Position numbers and translations under genes: made by a program. From an uncultured Acidiphilium sp. (lineage in GTDB: Bacteria > Bacillota > Clostridia > Christensenellales > Borkfalkiaceae): a DNA stretch of 64,000 nt. Below the pieces are notes generated by a model that saw only the letters and a list, made by a program, of their open reading frames with translations, was not told the DNA's origin and ran no database searches. Below, piece after piece: positions 25,281-33,233 of this stretch (positions within the stretch are counted from its first letter, which is position 1; every line of letters starts with the position of its first letter). The stretch covers positions 23,645 through 87,644 of the forward strand of contig CABUWK010000003.1 of NCBI GenBank assembly GCA_902495325.1, given 5' to 3'.

Positions 25281-25313
25281 AAATCCCGCGATAATCGACT
25301 TATCGCGGGATTT
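25281..25313. terminator. Bidirectional intrinsic terminator
   Basis: AAATCCCGCGATAA-TCGAC-TTATCGCGGGATTT, a perfect 14-bp stem between the convergent LysR and DUF4432-like genes. It shares a 17-nt core with the terminator at 33172-33200. Confidence 0.75.
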
Positions 25314-25340
25314 TATTGATCTTTTGTCAAACAATCGCGA

Positions 25341-26255
25341 TCACGCTTCCGAAAATTCAAGCGTAACGAGGAAATTCACGCTTTCGCCAGCCTTCACGGT
25401 ACGGTACGCAAAATCCGGCTTATCAAGAAAGGAGGTACACGGCTCGATCCCGAGCGCGTAATCGCCGCTCGCGCCGCTTTTCCATTCCACAAGGCAAGGG
25501 AGAGTATCGCCGGAATAACCGATCGTAAGGCTTTTCCCGAGAATCGGATTCACGACCTTCACCCGAGGGGTTTTCAGGAGGATAAAATAACAACGTTCTT
25601 CTTCGTTATCGACGGGTGGCTGAAATTTTTTCACGTCGGAAAGCGCGGCTTTCGCCCATTCCGTACGGGGAACGATCGATTCTTCGTCATACGCGATCGT
25701 CGTCCGGTCGCAGAGGAAAGGATACCCGCTGTTGATATGATACAACAGACAATAGGGTTCGTCCCGATAACCCTCGTTTCTCAAAGTGTCGGAAATTTCA
25801 ATCCTGCCGGAGCCTGCGGGAATAAAAATCTTTCGCGTAAAACAAAGATTCTGCCCGAACAAGGCGGAATCGCGGATCTCCCCTTCGATCGTCGCCCCCG
25901 TTTCTTCCGCACGGGCGGTAAAAACGGTTGCGGGAATATGATGCAGATTCCCGTGCAGGGCGTGCCCTTCGATCGCGCCGATCGCATCCAACCCGCAGGT
26001 ATAAAGCATTCCCCCGGGGAAAGAACGATGAAAGCCTTCTTCTTTTCTCGCCGTAATGCCGTTTCTGGAAATAAAATTCATGCTCATTCCCCGATAGAAC
26101 ACGCGGGAAATATCAAGCGCGCGGTTTTCGAGAAATTCAACGTTCATTACGCCGTTGGAAACGGTAATCGTTTTCAGCCCGGCGCGCTCTCCGTCCGTAC
26201 AGACGGCGCGGACGACTTCGCAAAGCTGCGAAAGATGATTCACTTCTCTTCTCAT
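25341..26255 (-). CDS. Aldose-1-epimerase-like (DUF4432-type) protein
   Basis: The ORF track extends to 26429, overlapping the upstream gene. The ATG at 26255 (MRREVNHLSQL) sits 1 nt after that gene's stop. HALHGNLHHIP and LLYHINSGYPF resemble mutarotase-fold proteins. Confidence 0.6.
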   Translation of the reverse strand: MRREVNHLSQLCEVVRAVCTDGERAGLKTITVSNGVMNVEFLENRALDISRVFYRGMSMNFISRNGITARKEEGFHRSFPGGMLYTCGLDAIGAIEGHALHGNLHHIPATVFTARAEETGATIEGEIRDSALFGQNLCFTRKIFIPAGSGRIEISDTLRNEGYRDEPYCLLYHINSGYPFLCDRTTIAYDEESIVPRTEWAKAALSDVKKFQPPVDNEEERCYFILLKTPRVKVVNPILGKSLTIGYSGDTLPCLVEWKSGASGDYALGIEPCTSFLDKPDFAYRTVKAGESVNFLVTLEFSEA

Positions 26256-26256
26256 G

Positions 26257-28401
26257 TCATTGTTCTCCCTTCTTTTCCGCAATCCCGCGAAAGCCCCCGC
26301 AATTTTCGGTAAGCAAAACGGCAATAAAAGAGGCAAAGCCGTGATCGAGGCTGCCGAATATGTTGTCGTGCTCCCAAAGGGTGCCCGTAAGGGTTGCCAT
26401 TTTATAGAAATAATCGAGCGTTTCGTCAAAAACCTCGCGGGAAAGCCCTGCCTCGCTCAGCAGGATCAATCTCAGATAGTCTCCGATAAACGCATTGGAA
26501 GGATAAACTTCCGGATAAGTCTTCGCCGGATCTCTATTCGGTCCGAACTTTAAAAGAAGTTTGTTCCAGAGTTCCGGATAGTCTTCTCTCGTTGCCGTTT
26601 TCGTAAAGAAGGCATAATACTGGCAGGTTTCCGTCATATGCCCGGAAAGCGATAATCTGCCGTTTTCTCTCACGGCGTTATCTTCGAAAAATTCCCCGTT
26701 AAACGACTTATCGCGTATCTTTTGCCTGATTTTTTTCGCTTTCTCCGAAAGCTCTTTCCTTCCGTACAGCGAAGAGACGGAATCAAGCGCGAGAGCGTAA
26801 AGCATATTCGAAGGATAGTTCACGCCCGCCACGAATGCGGGATCGTTCGCCTTGCTCCATTCAAGAAAGATCCACCCTTTCAGATTTTCGAGCAACCCGT
26901 CCTCGTTTTCGAACTTTTCAAAATATGCGAGAAGACCGTTTACCTTATCTTCGCTGAGTTTCGCGATACGGTCGCTTCCCGTGCGCCGCTTGTTTGCAAG
27001 AAGTTCGACGAGATACCACATTGCCCAATTCGGAATAAACAGATCCGGTTCGGAAAAATCCGCAGGGTAACACATCGGCACCATTTCTTCGGGAACGTTC
27101 GGCTGTTTTCCCGCCAGGGCAATGTTTTCCAGCAGGTTATTTTCCGCCTTGTTATCGCCCGTGAACAATTTTTCCGCCTGCGCGGAAAACCAGCTGTCGC
27201 ACAGCCACCCCGCCCGCTCGCGGGAAGGACAATCGGTAAGCAGATCGACCGCGTTGTGGCGGAAGGTTCTCACGGCGGCGTCGATCACCGCATTCATTTT
27301 ATCGTTTCCCGTGCGGAAAACAAAGTTTTTGCAGTCCGGATTTTCGTAGCGGATCACGAACAGATTTTTCAGCCCGATTTCCCCTTTCGTTACGATCACC
27401 TTGACGTATTTCGCTGTATACGGCTCAAAGCAAAGAGGAGAATACTCTCCCGCCGCGACGTCATATTCCACGATATTAAAGGTTGTATTCCGATAAAAAT
27501 CAACGTTAATCGGCTTATCGGCTGGCTTTTCTTTACGATAATCCACCTCGTCGAAAATCATCAGCAGATGGGAATCGGTTTTTGCCGTAAACGAAAGCCC
27601 GAGAAATCCGGTTTCCGAACAGGCAAAGGAATAAACGGCATATTCCCCCGCTGAAAGTTTCCCCGTATACTTTTCTTTTTCCGAAAGGAAATACCGGAAA
27701 GAGGCAAGATCGTCCGACGGGAGAGTTTCGAGGGCGGCGATCGGAAAAATCCCGAGTTCGCTCATCGTTAAAAAGCGATCGCGCATCGGCGGCTCGGCTC
27801 CCTGATCGTCAAACGTACCGCACTCGGTAAAGCACGCGGCGCACCGATCGTATATCGGATACGAAACGCCGCGCGGCAGCAATTTTTTTTGCGGAAGAAT
27901 TTCCGTTCCGCAAGAGTCCCGCACTTCGCCGTAAACAAGATTAAGCGGCTTACGATACACATAGCTTTCCGAAAACGGACGCTGATAGCTGAACCGCGCA
28001 ACCTTTTGTACCCGTTCGGAAAGAACGCGGCATGAGAAATCGCCTTCCCTTCCCGTCGCTTTCACAACCCTTTCGCCCGACAGGATCTCCGCCTGCCAAA
28101 AAGGTTCCTCGTTCATACAATAAAAAGTATTGCTGCGATACCCCGCCACCTCAAATACGATCACGGTCTCCTCGCCGGAATCGAACTCGTATTCGTCCAC
28201 GCGGGCATATCCCTTTGCGGCACGTGCGGGACCGTAACCGAAAAACTTTCCGCCGACGAACATGCGGTAAAAATTGCACGCCGTAACGCGGATCTTCGTT
28301 TTTCCTTTTTCCGCCTTTGCGGAAAAAAGGCACGTCACGTTCATTTCACCCCGTTTCTCTTTTGTCCATACGGGCTGAGCGATAGTAAAAAAACCATCCA
28401 T
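26257..28401 (-). CDS. GH78-like six-hairpin glycosidase, second paralog, cytoplasmic
   Basis: 714-aa ORF. TDCPSRERAGWLCDSWF, NGEFFEDNAVR, ETCQYYAF and GTLWEHDNIFGSLDHGF are collinear with 5645..7927. Confidence 0.75.
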   Translation of the reverse strand: MDGFFTIAQPVWTKEKRGEMNVTCLFSAKAEKGKTKIRVTACNFYRMFVGGKFFGYGPARAAKGYARVDEYEFDSGEETVIVFEVAGYRSNTFYCMNEEPFWQAEILSGERVVKATGREGDFSCRVLSERVQKVARFSYQRPFSESYVYRKPLNLVYGEVRDSCGTEILPQKKLLPRGVSYPIYDRCAACFTECGTFDDQGAEPPMRDRFLTMSELGIFPIAALETLPSDDLASFRYFLSEKEKYTGKLSAGEYAVYSFACSETGFLGLSFTAKTDSHLLMIFDEVDYRKEKPADKPINVDFYRNTTFNIVEYDVAAGEYSPLCFEPYTAKYVKVIVTKGEIGLKNLFVIRYENPDCKNFVFRTGNDKMNAVIDAAVRTFRHNAVDLLTDCPSRERAGWLCDSWFSAQAEKLFTGDNKAENNLLENIALAGKQPNVPEEMVPMCYPADFSEPDLFIPNWAMWYLVELLANKRRTGSDRIAKLSEDKVNGLLAYFEKFENEDGLLENLKGWIFLEWSKANDPAFVAGVNYPSNMLYALALDSVSSLYGRKELSEKAKKIRQKIRDKSFNGEFFEDNAVRENGRLSLSGHMTETCQYYAFFTKTATREDYPELWNKLLLKFGPNRDPAKTYPEVYPSNAFIGDYLRLILLSEAGLSREVFDETLDYFYKMATLTGTLWEHDNIFGSLDHGFASFIAVLLTENCGGFRGIAEKKGEQ

Positions 28402-28466
28402 AATATTCTTTCCCTTCCATCGATCCGGAACACGCCTGTAAGCACGGACCTTCCTTTTTCTCTTCT

Positions 28467-28495
28467 ATTTTAACTGAAACGGCTCCGTTTGTAAA
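28467..28495 (-). promoter_or_regulatory. Candidate promoter of the GH78-like/DUF4432 operon
   Basis: The minus strand reads TTTACA (28490-28495), 17 nt, TAAAAT (28467-28472), about 65 nt upstream of the ATG at 28401. Confidence 0.5.
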
Positions 28496-28532
28496 TCGAT
28501 TTCCTCCTGTTTTCCCTTTTTATTTTCTTAGG

Positions 28533-28572
28533 CTTAGCATTCGTCCGACTTAAGTCTTAGCATCCGTCCGAC
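28533..28572. repeat. Tandem direct repeat, 2 x 17 bp with a 23-bp period (candidate activator/operator site)
   Basis: CTTAGCATTCGTCCGAC (28533-28549) and CTTAGCATCCGTCCGAC (28556-28572) match at 16/17 positions. Both are preceded by TTA(G/A)G. They lie about 40-80 bp upstream of the -35 at 28490-28495. Confidence 0.7.
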
Positions 28573-28652
28573 CGATGACGGCGTTCCGCCAGGGCGAAAC
28601 GAAACCGGATACCGGCGATTACGGGAAAAAAGATTTTTTGTTCTAACGGAAA

Positions 28653-28686
28653 AGCCCCTTGTCTCTTAAAAAGAAACAAGGGGCTT
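28653..28686 (-). terminator. Intrinsic terminator of the nag operon
   Basis: The minus strand reads AGCCCCTTGT-TTCTTTTTAAGAGA-ACAAGGGGCT followed by TTTCCGTT, directly after the nagA stop (28703). Confidence 0.7.
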
Positions 28687-28702
28687 CCGTGCGGATTCCG
28701 GA

Positions 28703-29854
28703 TCATCCGCGATAGACGATTTTTCCGCCGACCATAGTCATAAGCACGTCGAAATTCGCGTTTAAAAGTGTTATATCCGCACGTTTTCCCACTTCGAGCG
28801 TACCGCGATCCTTCTCTTTGCCGAGATTTTTCGCGGGGTTATACGTGCATGCGTCGATCGCGTTTCCGAACGACACGCCCACCTTTTCCACAAGGTTTTT
28901 CACGGCGACGTTCATCCTCAGAACGCTGCCGGCAAGGGTACCATCCTCCAGTCTCGCCTCGCCGTTTTTCACGTAAACCTTCTGTCCGCCGAGTTCGGAA
29001 ACGCCGTCCGGCATTCCTTTGGCGCGCATGGCATCCGTAATCAGGGTAAATTTATCGCGCGGTTTGTTTTTCACAAAGAGTTTGATTGCGGGTACGGACA
29101 CGTGAATCGTATCGCAGATCATTTCCGTATTGAGCTCGTCCGTTAAAAGCGCGGCGCCGACAACGCCCGCCTCGCGGTGATGAAGCCCCGTCTGAGCGTT
29201 ATAAGTATGCGTTACGCTTGTCGCGCCCGCCTTCACCGCACGCTCCGCATCCCTGAACTTCGCATCCGTATGTCCGATCGAAGCGACCGTTCCGATCTCT
29301 TTCAGGTGAGAGATCAGCTCTTCTCCGCCCGGCTCTTCGGGGGCAAGCGTTACAATACGGATGTTTCCGCCGGACAACTCGTTGAACTTATCGAATTCCT
29401 TTACGTCGGGATGAAGAATATATTCCGCCGGCTGTGCGCCTGCGTGTTTCAGGCTGATAAACGGACCTTCGAGGTGAACGCCGAGCACTTCCGCGCCCGC
29501 ATATTCTCCTTTTTCCATCACGTTTTTTACGTTTTTCAGCGCTTTGCCGATATTTTCTCTGCTCTGCGTCATTGTGGTGGCGAGAAACGCGGTCGTGCCT
29601 TCTTCGGCAAGTTTTGAGGAAATCGTCTGCAAAGCTTCCGGGGTCGCGTCCATCGCATCCGCACCGCCCGCGCCGTGAATGTGTTCGTCGATAAACCCGG
29701 GAACAAGTATACCTTCCGGCAATTTTACGATCTCTTCGATCTCGGGGTTCTCCTTCCCGATGTAGGCGATCTTCCCGTTTTCAATTCCGATGTCCGCCGT
29801 AATAATTCCCTGATCACGAACATATAGCCGCACATTTTTAAAACCTTTCATCAT
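28703..29854 (-). CDS. nagA: N-acetylglucosamine-6-phosphate deacetylase
   Basis: PGFIDEHIHGAGGADAMD and the overall collinearity are typical of NagA. The start MMKGFKNV at 29854 is preceded by GAGGTGA. Confidence 0.92.
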   Translation of the reverse strand: MMKGFKNVRLYVRDQGIITADIGIENGKIAYIGKENPEIEEIVKLPEGILVPGFIDEHIHGAGGADAMDATPEALQTISSKLAEEGTTAFLATTMTQSRENIGKALKNVKNVMEKGEYAGAEVLGVHLEGPFISLKHAGAQPAEYILHPDVKEFDKFNELSGGNIRIVTLAPEEPGGEELISHLKEIGTVASIGHTDAKFRDAERAVKAGATSVTHTYNAQTGLHHREAGVVGAALLTDELNTEMICDTIHVSVPAIKLFVKNKPRDKFTLITDAMRAKGMPDGVSELGGQKVYVKNGEARLEDGTLAGSVLRMNVAVKNLVEKVGVSFGNAIDACTYNPAKNLGKEKDRGTLEVGKRADITLLNANFDVLMTMVGGKIVYRG

Positions 29855-29864
29855 GGAAATCACC

Positions 29865-30587
29865 TCAGAGAAGACTTGCCGCCTCATCGTCCACGACAAC
29901 CGTGCAATCGGGATGAAGCTGCAGAACGCTTGCCGGAAGCTGTTCGGTAACGGGACCTTTCACGAGCCCGTAAACGGCTTTCGCCTTGTTTTTGCCGTTT
30001 GCGAGAATGACGATTTTTTTCGCGTTCATGATATTTTTCAACCCCATCGTAAACGCCTGACGAGGAACGTCTTCGATACGGGCAAACAGGCGGGAATTAT
30101 CCCTGATCGTGCTTTCGGTAAGATCCACGATATGCGTTTCGCTCCCGAAGGGCGTGCCCGGTTCGTTGAAGGCGATATGTCCGTTCGATCCGATTCCGAG
30201 AACCTGAACGCTCTGTTGCATTTCGTGGAGAAGCGCGTTATATCTTTCGCATTCCTTTTCGCGATCCGCAGCTTTCCCGTTTTCGATATTGGTATTCTTT
30301 CTGTCGATATCGAGAGAATCGAAAAGATTTTTGCACATGAAATACACATAGCTCTGATCGCTCGTCTCGTCAAGCCCGGCGTATTCGTCGAGATTGACGG
30401 TGCGGACGTTGCGATAGCTCGTTCCGTTTTCTTTGTGGTCGCGGATCATTTCGCGATACATGCCGATCGGCGTGGAACCGGTCGCAAGCCCGAGAACGGC
30501 ATCCGGATCGGCTTTCACGACACCAAGCACGATCTTTGCGGCTTCCCTGCTCATTTCCTCATAATTTTTCGTAACGATAACTTTCAT
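29865..30587 (-). CDS. nagB: Glucosamine-6-phosphate deaminase
   Basis: MKVIVTKNYEEMSREAAKIV...LGLATGSTPIGMY...NLDEY...GIGSNGHIAFNEPG are classic NagB motifs. The ATG at 30587 is preceded by GGAGA. Confidence 0.93.
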   Translation of the reverse strand: MKVIVTKNYEEMSREAAKIVLGVVKADPDAVLGLATGSTPIGMYREMIRDHKENGTSYRNVRTVNLDEYAGLDETSDQSYVYFMCKNLFDSLDIDRKNTNIENGKAADREKECERYNALLHEMQQSVQVLGIGSNGHIAFNEPGTPFGSETHIVDLTESTIRDNSRLFARIEDVPRQAFTMGLKNIMNAKKIVILANGKNKAKAVYGLVKGPVTEQLPASVLQLHPDCTVVVDDEAASLL

Positions 30588-30651
30588 ATTTTCAATCTCC
30601 TTCCGTGCAGGAAAAGGATAACCAAGCCCTTTTCCGGCATCCGCTTTTCGT

Positions 30652-32022
30652 TTATTTTGTTTTTTTCGATTCCGCCAGAGACGCCGCCGCAATGCTCTGC
30701 CCCACCCTGCGGTTGGTTTCGTCCGGCATTTCGAGGCGGAAGGAAAGCTCGGGATATTCCGCTTTCAGCACTTCGTTCGCCTTTTCGAGAATGATCGTGC
30801 CGCCTTCGCCGCTCGTTACTCTGCCAAGCAGAAGAACGTGCCTGATCTCATAAAACATGGCGTAGAACGGAAGGGTATACCCGAGATAAATACCGATATC
30901 CTCATAGATCCTGCGGGCAAATTCGCTTCCCTCTTTCATCTCTTTCTGGATCGCTTTCAGCTTTTCCGCCGGGGTAAGCCCCTGTTCAAACACATATCCG
31001 CCGTTTTCGGCAAGTTTGATCACGCTGTCCTGCGAAAAATATTTCACGCCGCAACCGTAATCTCCGCTCCATTCGTCCACCATGGAATCGCGGTTATAAT
31101 CGACGGGAACGAACGCCAGTTCGGAAAGCCAGCCGTTCAGCTTGCCTTCGGCGTTGATATACCCGACCGCTTCGCTCGTGCCCATCGCAATGCCGAGAAC
31201 GTCGTTATCGCCGAGATCGATCGCGCCGGCAAGAGCGGTCACGTCGCCGTCGTTCGCGACGACAAGGGGAATATCTCCCATTTCCTTCGCCACGTCGATA
31301 TACATGTTTTTTACTTTCTTATCGAAATCTTCTTCGCCGACCTTAAGGAAAAGCGAAGCGACCATGATCTTATTGTTAATGTATACCCCTGCGCTCGAAA
31401 CGCCGATCGCGTCCACACGAGGCATTTTCGAAGCGGCGGTTTTCATGGCTTTTAAAATTTCCGCCTTGTGATAATCGGGGTTCGGCTCCGTTTTCGGATG
31501 CCACACAACCTCTTCGCTGTAAACCACTTTTCCGTCTACGACCGCGCTTACTTTTCTGTCGCTGCCGCCGGCATCGAACCCGATGCGGCATCCGTCCAGA
31601 TGTCCGCCGACGGAAAGAGAGCATACCTTCTTTTCGGGGAAAGTCTTCTCGTCGCAGAAAATCACTTCAAACGGCTTTTCGTAAACTCTTTCCATAAAGC
31701 CCTTATCGAAGGCACGGATCCCGTTTGCCGTATAAGCCTTTGCGATAAATTCGTATATTTCCTTATCGCCGCAGATATAAATTTTATATCCGCCAACCAC
31801 CCACAGCACGGCTTTGATAAGGCGTTCCGCCATGCGGAAGTTTTCTTCCCTACCCTCTGCAAATGCAAAAACATTGTAGGAAAATATATAATTGTAACCG
31901 TCGTTTCTTTCCACGCATACGGAAAGTTTTTTTCCGCCCTCTTTGTTTACTTTTTCTTCATAGCTTTTATATTCCGCGTAAATCGGTCTGAACGCGGGAT
32001 CGAAATGGGGAACGAATTTCAT
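30652..32022 (-). CDS. ROK/ASKHA-type sugar kinase-like protein with an N-terminal extension of about 135 aa
   Basis: 456 aa from MKFVPHF (RBS AAGGAGA). The ATPase phosphate-1-like segment is IGFDAGGSDRKVS, followed by ANDGDVTALAGA and VLGIAMGTSEAVGY. I see no CxCGxxGC zinc motif. Confidence 0.65.
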   Translation of the reverse strand: MKFVPHFDPAFRPIYAEYKSYEEKVNKEGGKKLSVCVERNDGYNYIFSYNVFAFAEGREENFRMAERLIKAVLWVVGGYKIYICGDKEIYEFIAKAYTANGIRAFDKGFMERVYEKPFEVIFCDEKTFPEKKVCSLSVGGHLDGCRIGFDAGGSDRKVSAVVDGKVVYSEEVVWHPKTEPNPDYHKAEILKAMKTAASKMPRVDAIGVSSAGVYINNKIMVASLFLKVGEEDFDKKVKNMYIDVAKEMGDIPLVVANDGDVTALAGAIDLGDNDVLGIAMGTSEAVGYINAEGKLNGWLSELAFVPVDYNRDSMVDEWSGDYGCGVKYFSQDSVIKLAENGGYVFEQGLTPAEKLKAIQKEMKEGSEFARRIYEDIGIYLGYTLPFYAMFYEIRHVLLLGRVTSGEGGTIILEKANEVLKAEYPELSFRLEMPDETNRRVGQSIAAASLAESKKTK

Positions 32023-32180
32023 TGTGTGTCTCCTTTGTTTCCTTTTGTCTGCCACAGGCGATCGTGCCTGAACCCGATCGCCTGAGGATAACTATATTAT
32101 AGTCCTTTTCCCGCAAAAGGGATAGTCATAATAATTCCGATAATTTATTCTATCTTTCACAAAATAAATCGAAAAATATA

Positions 32181-32209
32181 TTGCAAAAACAGAAAAAAGG
32201 ATGTATAAT
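32181..32209 (+). promoter_or_regulatory. Sigma-A type promoter of the second AraC regulator gene
   Basis: TTGCAA (32181-32186), 17 nt, TATAAT (32204-32209). Confidence 0.6.
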
Positions 32210-32253
32210 AAAACGGAGACGATCGAAGATACCGATCGGAAGGGAGAACGGCG

Positions 32254-33135
32254 ATGGAAAACAAAACGTTTTACATGTATAAGATCTCGAACATGTTCAG
32301 CATTTCGAAAATCGTGACCATCCACTATCAGAAACTGTTGAAAAACTATGTTTACCCTGCGGAAAAGCACGATTTCTGGGAATTGATCTATTGTGACAAA
32401 AATCAGCTTTACATCACGGTGGACAGCGAAAAGAAACTGCTGGAAAAAGGCGAAGTGATCTTTATCGCCCCGGACGTTCCGCATTCTGTGGAAGGAGATA
32501 ACGAACACGACAGCAACATTTTTATCGTGAGTTTCGTATGCAAATCGAAAACGATGTCTTATTTCAGAGACAAACTTTTCGGCGTGCCCGAAAACCTCCG
32601 GTTTCTTCTCTCGTCCGTCATGACGGAAGCGAAACACACCTTCCGCATCCCCGATTTCAACCCGGACCTTCCCGGACTCGAACTGTTGCCGAACCCAAAC
32701 CTCGGCGGCGCGCAGATCATCAGAAACGATCTCGAGAAATTTCTGATCACCCTCGTGCGGGTGGAGACGGCAAAGCCGACTTCTTCCGAAATTTTCATCT
32801 CGAAGGCGGAGGATTCCGACGCCTTAGAGGACGAAATCGTGAATATTCTCGAGCAGAACGTTTACGGAAAAATTTCTCTCGACGATCTTTCCCGCCAGCT
32901 GCATTACGGCAAAACGACCATATGCAACACCTTCAAGAAAAAAACGGGAAAATCGGTGATCGGATATTATCTCGAACTTAAAATCGACGAAGCAAAAAAA
33001 CTGATCCGCGAGAACAAGAGTTTTTCCGAAGCGGCGTCTCTTCTGAATTTCGATTCTCTCCCCCACTTTACGAAAACGTTCAAAAGGGTCACGTCCATGA
33101 CCCCGCGTGAATACAAAAACAGCATTTTAAACTGA
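32254..33135 (+). CDS. AraC-family transcriptional regulator (cupin-type sensor plus HTH)
   Basis: 293-aa ORF. The N-terminal cupin-like segment is GEVIFIAPDVPHSV. The C-terminal segment LSRQLHYGKTTICNTFKKKTGKSVIGYY...LNFDSLPHFTKTFKRVTSMTPREY is an AraC HTH pair. Confidence 0.9.
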   Translation: MENKTFYMYKISNMFSISKIVTIHYQKLLKNYVYPAEKHDFWELIYCDKNQLYITVDSEKKLLEKGEVIFIAPDVPHSVEGDNEHDSNIFIVSFVCKSKTMSYFRDKLFGVPENLRFLLSSVMTEAKHTFRIPDFNPDLPGLELLPNPNLGGAQIIRNDLEKFLITLVRVETAKPTSSEIFISKAEDSDALEDEIVNILEQNVYGKISLDDLSRQLHYGKTTICNTFKKKTGKSVIGYYLELKIDEAKKLIRENKSFSEAASLLNFDSLPHFTKTFKRVTSMTPREYKNSILN

Positions 33136-33171
33136 CAGGATACCGGTTCAAAATCGCGTCGAACAATAAAA

Positions 33172-33200
33172 ACAAGCCGATAATCGACTTATCGGCTTGT
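33172..33200. terminator. Bidirectional intrinsic terminator
   Basis: ACAAGCCGATAA-TCGAC-TTATCGGCTTGT, a perfect 12-bp stem flanked by AAAAA and TTTTTTATTTT. It lies between the convergent AraC and DUF368 genes. Confidence 0.8.
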
Positions 33201-33233
33201 TTTTTATTTTATGATCATTCGTCTGTTTTATGA

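Noticed and set aside
28521-28580. A CRISPR-like or mobile-element repeat
   Set aside because: There are only two copies, each 17 bp, separated by a 6-bp gap, and no cas genes or further repeats. It fits a regulatory direct repeat better.
32092-32637. 181-aa minus-strand ORF
   Set aside because: It overlaps the promoter and 5' half of the AraC regulator gene in antisense and has no RBS or motif.
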